Of a DNA stretch of 64,000 nucleotides, positions 11,640 through 21,224 are shown one piece after another. The position numbers were made by a program, and so were the translations under genes. The DNA lies in NCBI RefSeq assembly GCF_902459465.1, contig NC_047079.1:5642001-5706000 (forward strand), in the 5' to 3' direction. The DNA is from Asterias rubens (taxonomy: Eukaryota). The notes under the pieces are model-generated. The model searched no databases. It had not been told where the DNA came from and saw only the letters and a program-made list of their open reading frames with translations. Each line of letters opens with the position of its first letter. Within the stretch, counting starts at the first letter, position 1.

Positions 11640-14600
11640 TCAAATGTCCAAGTAAGTTGTTGTAACGCGATCATCATCCACTTTGCGCTTGATGTACAGA
11701 TAGGACAGTGCCCCTTTCAGCTGCGAATACGTAACCATGTCTTTTCCTTCTCTCCTGTAGCCTATGTTTTGCCCAAAACCAGTTTGTTTTGTCTCCAGAA
11801 CATCGAGGAACTCTTTCTTTCTCAAGTCGTTCTGCTTCTTGTTCAATCCTTTGCTGCTGACCTTGACTTTGTCTCCCCCGAAACATATGTATGTTTTACT
11901 GCACAAAGCCACAACCCCGTCCCCTTCAAATTCCACTTTGAATAGACCGGGAGTGCGCTTGTCGTAGCGTTCATTTTCCGGTGTATCGCGTCGAGGGAAC
12001 CACTTGTCTTTCTCCCGCTCGTACTCTTCCTTCATTTCTGGTTTAATGACGGACTCCAGATTGTTCCCGGCTATGGCAATGTACGCAGAATCGGTGTCCA
12101 TCTGACAGAGCTGGAAGTCAGACCGATCAATGTATTTATCAAGAAATTCGTAGTAGAATTGCAGCATTTTCAGCTTCGCATATTGATACACGAACAGTCC
12201 AATCTGCAGGGGCAGGTCAACCTTGACCGACCGCTTACCCAGTTCAATTTCGTGCACCCCCTCTCCTATATCGGTGGCAGAACGAAACCGCTGGTCGTTA
12301 ATGAACTGACTAGCATGTTTCGCCGTCATGCAAACCTTGACATCCTTGAAGTTCTCCTTGTTGGTCACTGTCTTCCCGTACGCGGAATTCCCAATGAGCT
12401 TCATCGTGTCCGCTCTAGCTGTTGAACCGCTAGCGTCTCCATCTCGTCTTGCGTCACTGACTTCTTTGCCGAACATCTCGAAACAACTACTGGGTCTGTA
12501 CTGAAAAACCTGGTAAATCTCTGTGACTTCGAGGCCGTTTTGGAGATACCACTTAAGCAGAGGGGTGGTGAGGAGGATTTTCTTTCCGCACATACTGCCG
12601 ATGAGTGTTCTCCGAGGCTCCGTGAGAAGCTGGTTACTCTTAGCGAAGCCATACATGTCGTCCCCGATCACGCTTTTCTCACAAGCAATGTCGATGTTCT
12701 TGAAGATAGGCGTCATCTCGCTGAATTTCTCCTTCTTACTGTCAGGCACATTTATATCACACTCAACGAAACCGAATAGATTGCCAGAGCGGATGTGCCT
12801 GATGATTTCTTCTGTTGTCATGGACTTCTTTCTCTGAAGAGGCAACCGCCGTGATTCAAGGAATGACTTCAGTTCCTTGCTGTTGGCTTTCTCCTCTTCC
12901 CACTCACATTCCCACTTCTCTTCAAGCTCATAACCCATACCATAGATTTGGTTTGCTCTCTCTTTGGTTTCTTCAAGTAACTGCTTCATGGTTTTTTTCA
13001 ATGTCTTATTGACCATTTTTTTATTTTTCCAACACCCATGCCCGTGCCAGTAGCAACCATTGAATTCGTACACTGTGTTGGTCTCCTTGCAGTAGCCGTC
13101 AACCTGAAAGCGCGTTGGACCAATTCGCTTCTCCCTGGCATTCCCCTTGTGTTGTATCTTCATCCCTTCTACCTTCGAAGACTCCCATTCCAGCCATTCT
13201 ATTGCCATGGTCATGTGCCCGTGACTGACCTGAGGTTTGAAATCCTTACCCTCTCGCCTTATAAAATGACCGACAGGCATTTCCTGCATCAGGCAACTCA
13301 GATACAGTGCATTGGCGTCATAACCAATGACCTTCTCGCATGGTTTGCCACCGCGGATTTTTGTCTCACCCTTTTCATGGTATCGATGGAAGACTATAGA
13401 CGGACCACCGACGATGTTGTCTTTAAGAGTATGGTAGAAGTCTTTGTGCTTTTTTTCTATCAGTGTGAAGAAATCGTCACCAGGAATACTTTGAACTAAG
13501 TATCGAAGTGACAGACCCGGAGCAGAAGTGCCATCTTTAAACATGTCGATGTTCTTGTCCTTGTAGAATTGGCTCATCTTTTCTACAGCTGTCATGAAGG
13601 GAGCTAAATCACGGGTGCTGTACCATTTCAAGTAGTCTCTCATGGTTCGCATTTTCTTCACATCCCAGACCTCAGTGCAAGTCTTATAGTCCTCAGCAGA
13701 CAGACTGCTAGTTCCAATATGTTCGCTTTCGAATTCTGCTTTAGGCGGAAGAGTCTCTTGATTAAGTTTCTCAAGCGAATCCATCCAACCAAATGGGAAG
13801 AAACCTTCCACTCCTTCGCATTCGTATGATTTTAGAAAATCCGCTAAAGTACATCCCTGAACAAGGTAGTTACTGATGTCCAGGAACTTGAAGAATTCAG
13901 TCTTAATGGCCAAATAAGTGTTGTTTTTTTTGATGACGTACTGAAGTGGGTTCGATTTCTTCAATGAGGTGTACAGATATTGCTTGACGAGATTGATGTC
14001 ATACTTCGAGGATTCGAATCCCAGAACTGGTAACTCCTTAAGGTAGTCCTCGAAATCCTTTCTCAACTTTTTGAGATGTTTTAGGTTGCCTTTTGAGTCT
14101 AGCTCCTTGAAGACAAGTTCTTGAAATTTTTCCATCAGAACTTTGTAAGATGCCTTACTTATTTTGTCCAAGTATTCGATCATCTCGTTGACCAGCTGCT
14201 GGGGATCACCTTTTGAAATGATACACTTAGGTTCTTCAAAGCCTTGCACATTGCTGAGGACACTGACACTCAGAGGGATGTGCTTATACTCAACCCGTGT
14301 TTTGGTGGTCTTCTCGTCCTTTTCAGAAGTGTCCGGAAAACTCTCGAATCTGAAAGTAGCACGGTGCGGAAAGCAGCGATCCTCTGCTGGCACCGATATG
14401 TTCTCATCCAGAAGTCTGTCAAATATTGATGGAGCTGGCCTGTAGACACTGCCAGGAAACCTGTGTTTAATGTCTTTCGAACATTTCGCCTTATGTCTTT
14501 TAAGACCATTGCTCCTACGGAACACCCTCTGGCACCATGTGTTTGTACAACAAAAGGTGTTGCTGTACAAGTTGAAATCTTTGATGTAGGAGAAGTGCCC

Positions 14601-15494
14601 CTTGAACAAATTAAGTTTCATAGTTTTCTTCATAGACATGCGAGATCGAGTGACAAGCTTTGCGAATGTCTTTTTCTGCTCCTGTTTATTGGCGCCTGGT
14701 GTTTTGCGTTGACTTTGAGGAGGCTCTGGTTCGGTATCACCATTTTCACCGTCATCATCATCACCAGACACTCCAACCTCTTCATTTGAAACTTCTTCCT
14801 CTTTCTGTTGTGTGGACTTTATTTTCGAGTGTGGGTTCATGTCACTTGATGCTAGACTGCGACAAAGCTCTGCCTTTGGATTGGCTAATTTGCGTTTAGT
14901 GCAACGATGTCCTGTTTTTGGATTGGCTAATTTGCGTTTACTGCAACGACGTCCTTCCTTTGGTTTGGCTAAATTGCGCGTACTGCGTCTAGGTCCTGCC
15001 TTTGGATTGGCTAACTTGTGTTGACTGCAACCAGGCTCTGCATTTGGATCGACACCACTAGTGTCAAGAGGTTCAACTTCTTCTTCACCGTCGTCATCAT
15101 CCTCCTTACGAGACGATTCATTCCCATCATCGGATGCACCTTCCTCCCCCTCCTCCTCGTCCTCACCCTCCTCCTCCTCCCCCTCTTCATCAGATACCTC
15201 ATCACCTTCTGCTGGAATACTGTAGACCATGATGTTTGTTTCGAACTGTTTCTCTAAATCGGATAACTCTGTCAAAAAAATCCCTTGAAAGTCATCTCCA
15301 CTTATATGCCGTTTCTTCTTGTATTCACCGAATAAACGCGTGGTTTCCTTCTCGCAGTTCTTGATAGAGAAGCCATTGTGAAGAGCCAAACATCTGAAGA
15401 AGCACAGGTTGTCCTCGAACACTTTACCTGTCTGTCTGCTCTTCACGAGTGAATGAAGTCCTCTGTTGTTTTTGAGAAACGGCGGTAGCAACAC
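11640..15494 (-). CDS. polB: Protein-primed family B DNA polymerase (Polinton/Maverick/adintovirus type), main ORF: vOTU-like, zinc finger, exonuclease, and polymerase with a Vsr-like nuclease insertion
   Basis: 1284-aa uninterrupted ORF. Pol motifs A (YDANALY), B (KLIGNSAYGK) and C (QMDTDSAY) are present, plus the pPolB-type IVGGPSIVFHRYHE and GFFPFGW and a C-terminal KRKVDDDRVTTTYL. The OTU-like DNLCFFRCLALH...HFSYI and the endonuclease-like VDGY...YEFNGCYWHG...WECEW are also seen. Confidence 0.93.
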   Translation of the reverse strand: MLLPPFLKNNRGLHSLVKSRQTGKVFEDNLCFFRCLALHNGFSIKNCEKETTRLFGEYKKKRHISGDDFQGIFLTELSDLEKQFETNIMVYSIPAEGDEVSDEEGEEEEGEDEEEGEEGASDDGNESSRKEDDDDGEEEVEPLDTSGVDPNAEPGCSQHKLANPKAGPRRSTRNLAKPKEGRRCSKRKLANPKTGHRCTKRKLANPKAELCRSLASSDMNPHSKIKSTQQKEEEVSNEEVGVSGDDDDGENGDTEPEPPQSQRKTPGANKQEQKKTFAKLVTRSRMSMKKTMKLNLFKGHFSYIKDFNLYSNTFCCTNTWCQRVFRRSNGLKRHKAKCSKDIKHRFPGSVYRPAPSIFDRLLDENISVPAEDRCFPHRATFRFESFPDTSEKDEKTTKTRVEYKHIPLSVSVLSNVQGFEEPKCIISKGDPQQLVNEMIEYLDKISKASYKVLMEKFQELVFKELDSKGNLKHLKKLRKDFEDYLKELPVLGFESSKYDINLVKQYLYTSLKKSNPLQYVIKKNNTYLAIKTEFFKFLDISNYLVQGCTLADFLKSYECEGVEGFFPFGWMDSLEKLNQETLPPKAEFESEHIGTSSLSAEDYKTCTEVWDVKKMRTMRDYLKWYSTRDLAPFMTAVEKMSQFYKDKNIDMFKDGTSAPGLSLRYLVQSIPGDDFFTLIEKKHKDFYHTLKDNIVGGPSIVFHRYHEKGETKIRGGKPCEKVIGYDANALYLSCLMQEMPVGHFIRREGKDFKPQVSHGHMTMAIEWLEWESSKVEGMKIQHKGNAREKRIGPTRFQVDGYCKETNTVYEFNGCYWHGHGCWKNKKMVNKTLKKTMKQLLEETKERANQIYGMGYELEEKWECEWEEEKANSKELKSFLESRRLPLQRKKSMTTEEIIRHIRSGNLFGFVECDINVPDSKKEKFSEMTPIFKNIDIACEKSVIGDDMYGFAKSNQLLTEPRRTLIGSMCGKKILLTTPLLKWYLQNGLEVTEIYQVFQYRPSSCFEMFGKEVSDARRDGDASGSTARADTMKLIGNSAYGKTVTNKENFKDVKVCMTAKHASQFINDQRFRSATDIGEGVHEIELGKRSVKVDLPLQIGLFVYQYAKLKMLQFYYEFLDKYIDRSDFQLCQMDTDSAYIAIAGNNLESVIKPEMKEEYEREKDKWFPRRDTPENERYDKRTPGLFKVEFEGDGVVALCSKTYICFGGDKVKVSSKGLNKKQNDLRKKEFLDVLETKQTGFGQNIGYRREGKDMVTYSQLKGALSYLYIKRKVDDDRVTTTYLDI
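14875..15042 (-). repeat. 42-bp (14-aa) in-frame tandem repeat, 4 units, inside pPolB
   Basis: tttggattggctaa starts at 14875, 14917, 14959 (variant) and 15001. It encodes KLANPKAGPRRSTR/NLAKPKEGRRCSKR/KLANPKTGHRCTKR/KLANPKAE. Confidence 0.9.
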
Positions 15495-17915
15495 CCGATC
15501 GGCAAATCTGGCATCTTGTTCACGTATACAACCATGTTAGTTATCTCGTGTACAGACCATTTTGTACTTGGTTGTGAGGCAAAGTTTAAGGGTTCTTCTT
15601 CCTCGACACTGTGAATAAATTTCATCATATCGTCTCGAGAGGTTATGATAAACGGCGTCTCGAACAATCGGGCATTGTTGTTACTTGGATGAAAATAGCG
15701 TAGCTCATTCGTCTCGCTGTGCCTGAGAAGCAGACCGAATGAGGTGTTCAGCTTACAACGACAGTCAAGCTTCAGAAAAATTGCTAGCAGTTGATTTCTT
15801 TGCATCTCCGACCATTTCGGTTGCTTGTACAGCCGGAAATTGTAAACATCTTGAGCAGGCCGTCCATCCTTCCTGTTGGTGCGAATTTTGGCCCAGTTCT
15901 CCCGTATAATATCCAGAGTGTCTGGACTGTCCAAATTTGATGGAAACTCAAGTGGGTCTTCATCCATGAGAGAAACCTCGTCTTCGTCTTCAGAGTGTGG
16001 AGGGGATTCTTTCTGCACTGCCATGTGAGGGTTCTTTCTGCTCGTGCTGGCCGGTTCACCATCTTCGTTAGTATCGTCGATGGTATGACGTCTTTTGTGG
16101 CCAGGTTTCGTATCATCTGTTTCAGATTCGATTCCACCGAAGAGGTTCTTGGGTTCGAATGCGGCAGTACCTGTGGACCGCTTTTTCTCATGGATGCTTC
16201 TCATATGTCTCTGCAAGGACTGTTTTGTTGCAAAAGGCTTCGAGTTAATACATAACTCACAAACAAACCTTTTGGTGGAGCTCGAAGTCTTCGATGTACT
16301 AGGTTGTCCCTTTGATGTCGACGCCTGTTGGGAAGATCCAGTTGTATCGTGCTGTGACAAGAAAACACAATAACTTTCTATAAGAAACTCAGAGGCTATA
16401 AATACATGAGAAAACATAAATACTTTGCAAGGCTTGACACAAATCAGCTACAATGAACTAATTCTGTTGATATAGTTTTGATCAGAATCGTCTTAAAAAA
16501 ACATTGTGACCTAATGATGTTCTTTCTTTTTGGAACCATGGTGTTTCGGCATATCGTTCCAGTGCATATCCTGGCAGGCAAGACCTGCAGTGGTCATAGC
16601 TTTAAGTTTCGGAACCATTACAAATCAAACATTGTATAAAATAACACACCGACATGTGTTCTGTTGCAGTACTCTTTATTCAAAGAAAGGGGGGGGGGGG
16701 TGCAATATAATTTCCAGTGTTTGTATAATATTCCCACAAAACAAAAACTTCTGGTTAAATGCCAACAATGTGGCTCAATTAACAAAACTAACAAAACAAT
16801 TCATTGACTAATTGTGTTTCGCATAAAGTCCAGGCTCTGTTGTGGTTCCTTGGTAAACTTGTGATGTCACTGGTCACGTGGATTTAACTCCAGGCAGCTT
16901 TTATAACTACCGGTTAAGGTTCATGTTTGTTTGTTACACTTACCTCCTCTTTTGTGTCTTCAGACTTGGGAGTGGAACTTGGGACTCCTAGTGCCTGGTG
17001 AAGAGTATACAAAGTAACACTTCTAATAGGCATATTTATTTTATTTAGTAACACGGAATGAGATGAGGGATAGTGTGGTGTATTTCGCGTGGGATTGCAG
17101 ACAATAAAATACACACACTGTGCAAAGGAGCTGCCATACTGAAAAACGTTTTATTTACTATCCCTGAGGGGATGCAGGTCATGGTGTGACCTTTGACACC
17201 AGCTGTATGCAATATACAGTAGGCCTACTAGTAGCCGAGTGTAGCAAAAGAGAACACCTTTCGTGTAGTACAATTTTTTGTTGACACTTCATATAGTTAT
17301 CATAATTTATTCAAGGTTTCAATTCCCTAAAAAAAAAACCTTTTATCCATAGTTTAACATTGGGAATAGAACGACTTGCAATGTGGTGTGTGAGGCACCA
17401 CTTCCATTTCAATCATTGTGTGCAAAATCTAAGTTTTTCCACTTGTTGATCTAATTTGAAAATGTTTACCAGGAGCGTCACACAGTAATTCTGCATACTA
17501 TCAGGTGACGGCCGAGATGTCTTGCACAGCGGCAATCACAGGAGTCTTAGTTTTGGGTTGAACAAAACCAGTCCCGGTCATGACACTAACTTGTGTCCTT
17601 GACCCAAGATACTTATAATTGCTTCTTTTCACCCAGGGGTATAAAATGGGTACCTGCGAGTGTAGAGATTGTTTTGGTATTATGAACAAGCCTTTGGAGC
17701 GCTACGGTTGCCCACTTGTTGTATACCCCCCCCCCCCCCCATGAGCTAATGAAATATTAAAGGAATTGTTATTGGCCAGAGCGCATTGAGACGGTTATTG
17801 TGAAATGTGCCATATAGTTATTATTATTATAATGTCAATTAACAAATACCACACTATTTACAAACAAAATACGTACGTCATCCTCCATTGAACTGTCAGA
17901 CCCTTGATCAGACAT
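15443..17915 (-). CDS. Spliced N-terminal part of the pPolB gene: acidic leader, C2H2 zinc finger and terminal-protein-like domain; overlaps the main ORF in the -1 frame
   Basis: Exon 17877-17938 (acceptor ttttctttgtcactctttag, ATG at 17915, MSDQGSDSSMEDD, donor gtacgt). Exon 16944-16994 (acceptor tttgtatactcttcaccag, ALGVPSSTPKSEDTKEE, donor gtaagt). Acceptor ttgtgttttcttgtcacag at 16352 leads into HDTTGSSQQ. All junctions are phase 0. C2H2 finger: CELCINSKPFATKQSLQRHMRSIH. Confidence 0.78.
17575..17830 (+). mobile_element. SINE fragment in pPolB intron 2
   Basis: tgtgtccttgacccaagatactt...cacccaggggtataaaatgggtacctgc...agcgcattgagac...ttattattat is a typical conserved-domain SINE body and tail. 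Boundaries are approximate. Confidence 0.6.
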
Positions 17916-18110
17916 CGTCTTTTCGCTTCAACCGTGTCCTAAAGAGTGACAAAGAAAATTATGCAGACCAAACATAATGGATAATTATAAACTTTGAGGC
18001 GCATTCTATTTGATTAACCTCCCTGATAATTTTAAATGAGTTGACAGTGATTTCATTGTCAAGGTCTTGTGATACACTAAAGTCGTTCAGATGGGTTAAA
18101 GCATGGTTAA

Positions 18111-18497
18111 AGGCAGTGGACACTATTGGTAATTACTCAAAATAATTGTTAGCATAAAAACTTACTTCGTGAACGAGCAATGGAGGGAGAGCTGTTGATA
18201 GTTTAAAACATTAGAAACGGCCCTTTCTGAAGTAACGTAGTTTTTGTGAAAAAAGTAATTTCTCACAAAAATATTTAAATTGATTTCGAGGCCGCAGCTG
18301 AGGTCTCGAAATCAAGCATCTGAAAACTTCGTGGGACAAGGGTGTTTTTTTTTCTTCCATTATTCTCTCGCAACATCGGGACCAATTGAGTTCAAATTTT
18401 CACAGGTTTGTTTATAAATGGTGTGCATATGTTGAGATACGCCAAGGAAAGAAGACTGGTCTTTGACAATATTACCAATAGTGTACTTTCCAGTGTC
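18111..18497 (+). mobile_element. TTAA MITE family copy in pPolB intron 1
   Basis: TTAA|aggcagtggacactattggtaattactc ... attaccaatagtgtactttccagtgtct. Confidence 0.8.
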
Positions 18498-18734
18498 TTT
18501 TTTTTTTTTTAGTTTTGTTAATTGAGCCACATTGTTAGCATTTAACCATAAGTTTGGTTCTGTGGGAATATTATACAAAATACTCTTAAAATGAGAAGCT
18601 ACGTCACGTAAAAGAAACAAAACAGCAATTGAATGAGACAAACAGAAAAGAAGACGCATTTCAACACACCAAAAAGTTAAAATTTAAATTGCACGGGCAC
18701 TTCGATATGGCATGTCCTATTGAATGCCTGAATT

Positions 18735-19108
18735 TAAAGACAGCAAAAAAAGTAACTCGGCTGTTGTAAAAGCACCTATAATTTTAAAATCGTTACTCGT
18801 ATTCTAAAATACCAGGAGACGGACAATTTAATTACGGTGATTTTGACACCTTGTTTGTAACAATCGGTCGAGTATTGTTGTTGCGGTATGTGCTTACAGG
18901 TAAAAAGTTCCCGTTTCCATTGTTGCAGTAATTCCTATTGACAAGAGCAGCTTTTCAAAATTCCCGCTATTAGCTTCACGCTGAATCAGAGGAGAGATCA
19001 ACCATGTTAAATTGTCCGTCTTCTGGTATTTTCATTTTTAGAATACGAGTAACAATTTAAAGTTATATGTGCTTTACAACAGCCGAGTTACTTTTTTTGC
19101 TGTCTTTA
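18735..19108. mobile_element. MITE with ~100-bp TIRs in pPolB intron 1
   Basis: taaagacagcaaaaaaagtaactcggctgttgtaaaagcac... / ...gtgctttacaacagccgagttactttttttgctgtcttta. Confidence 0.8.
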
Positions 19109-19207
19109 TATTCGTCTCCGAAATCCAACAGTATATTATTTCAGCCCCAAATGACATCAGCAGCCGCATCGTTTGTAACCCTTTGTTTCCATGCGTTTAT
19201 TGCTCAC

Positions 19208-19300
19208 CGTAAAAATTTCCCCTTTAGGCTTCGCCCCCACGGCAATACGCCGTATCTGAACACGCTGGGGTTTTGCACACCCGCGGGGATGAGGTGATGG
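19208..19300 (-). other. Putative non-coding first exon of the pPolB gene
   Basis: Strong minus-strand donor ACG|GTGAGC at 19208/19207. The segment is GC-rich, lacks an ATG and lies just downstream of the CCAAT cluster. The TSS position is a guess. Confidence 0.5.
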
Positions 19301-19329
19301 ATGACAGCGCGTCGAGACGAGAGCGTTTC

Positions 19330-19370
19330 GGCCAATCAGAAATCGGCCAATCGGAAATCAGCCAATCAGC
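19330..19370 (-). promoter_or_regulatory. Triple CCAAT (NF-Y-type) box cluster, putative pPolB promoter
   Basis: gccaatc at 19331, 19346 and 19361, an exact 15-bp period, in a locally GC-rich patch. Confidence 0.6.
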
Positions 19371-21224
19371 ATGTGCCACCACGGAGCCATAATAGCCTGG
19401 CATAAAAACGTGCTAAGCACAGAACACCTCTTGCTCAAAAGAAGTAATGAGTATGCTGACACATTCGTCGACGTAGGGTGAAACCAAAATTAATATTCTT
19501 AATCCCCGATGCACATGCTTCTTTGGTACAGCCAAATTCCCTTAAAGTTAACATTGTAGCAACTCATATTTTTTTTTAGCAAAGAAATGATCTAATGCAG
19601 TATTTAATGCTTTTAAAACGGCTTTACGAATGGGGTCTGGCTGAAGTCGGTATGACGATTTGTTTTTGTGTCCCCCACCCCTACCCCTATAAGTTGCCAT
19701 CAAAAACTGCGATACAGGCTATTTTTTCTTTCTACAAATCTAAAAAGACGAGCCTTGCTTTGACTCAATGAAATAGTATTTAGAAGAAGACAAGTTAATT
19801 CCACAACAACAAAGTGATATAAATTATTTTTTTATTTTTATAACAGAAAAATACGTAACATTTTTTATAACAGAAAAAGACGTAACTTTTTCTAAAATTT
19901 TCACAGGTTTGTTATTTGATATAGAAGTTGTGATACAAGAAGTGTAGGCCTTGGACAATAGTGTTTACCGAGAGGGTCCAATGGCTTTAATTGGACCTAC
20001 TCTCTAAATGTAAAAGAGTGAAAAATACCCCTTTTTACATTTCGAGTTGTCCCGCATATGTCTCTTTAAAAAGAGTGGAGGTTATTTTACTCCTTTAAAA
20101 AAGGGGTTTCACTCCAGGACAGAGTGAAAAAAAATCACTCAAAAAGATGCAAACTTCAATCCTCAAAGAGTGGAAGACCACACGCGAAAAAGAGTTGTCC
20201 CTCATGGCACTTTAAAGGGTGCCTTTTCACTATTTTGCATTTAGAGAGAAAGGCTCGTATTATCGAATAAGATGTTTGCCGATTAATCCCGCTTAAAAAC
20301 ACCGCGGTAGAAGCACAAAGTGGGATGATCAAACAAAGGTTTTAATGGTGTACACATTTTAGAATCGGTGATAGTGTTTTTCAGTCTGCGCCTCTCTGTG
20401 GGGGCCATCAGGAACAGCTTTGGGAATAAACAATAAAAATAAATTGGGAATAAATACCTTGCTCTGATAACTCGTCCAGCGTGCAAAGATCCAAGTCCTT
20501 CGAAAAATCGGGCAAATACTACGGTAGAAATGTAGCTGGATATGCCATAAAAAGGACGTCTGGTCATGGTACGTGTTTTCATCAAGCACTGCTGCCTGTT
20601 AATGTTTTGAGCTTCACTTTGAGCGGGAATCTGTCGTGTGGACAAAACTCGATTGCGAAATCTAGTATTTCTCATCGGGGGTTTCCCGTGCACACAGCTT
20701 TAGTTTGTATTGTTCTATGTTCTATTTCTTTTTTTATCAATGATAGTGTTCCAGTGACGTCATTGTGATTGCAATCTATATATAGGGACCAATGTCTATG
20801 TCATAAGCAAAGTACACATTCGAAATATAATGTTCCCAGGCCACGCACGCCCTCTATTGAAAATTGCAATGTGTTTCCATTGTGGTATTGGAGCCTCATA
20901 CAAAATATAGTTTAATCGCTGTCTACGGCGGACGGAAGCGTATGTGCAGCTGTTGCAGGATTCTGTACCCGTATGCCCCCCCCCCCCCCCCCCCCGAAAG
21001 TTTTAAAAACATGTTTTTATCACATTAAAGCTTATGTTTAAACTATAACCATTTACACTGGTAATGTTTAATCCCTAATCCAGATTTAAAATGGCAGTTT
21101 AGGGTACGTTGGTTGATGTGGATAACTTATAATATCCCCAATCATGTAGGCTACATATAGGATTTGAGGCAAGGCTTGGTGAGGTATCAATGTATAGAAT
21201 TATTTGGTTTACGGTAACACCATT

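Noticed and set aside
11580-16373. Plus-strand and alternate-frame ORFs overlapping pPolB, and antisense ORFs over the Ser-rich and peroxidase exons
   Set aside because: These are shadow ORFs of real coding sequence with no independent motifs.
16352-16417. ORF-track start MFSHVFIASEFLIESYCVFLSQ as the real N-terminus
   Set aside because: This stretch is a polypyrimidine tract ending in CAG, better explained as the intron 3 acceptor given the phase-matched upstream exons.
11000-20000. Complete Polinton/Maverick or adintovirus provirus
   Set aside because: I found no terminal inverted repeats, TSD, integrase, ATPase, protease or capsid ORFs; both flanks are host genes and host repeats.
20283-20768. 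ORFs with hydrophobic stretches (RARYLFPIYFYCLF), resembling an ion-channel TM4 or a TE remnant
   Set aside because: No convincing family motif or splice context; possibly a decayed fragment, but I cannot assign it without a search.
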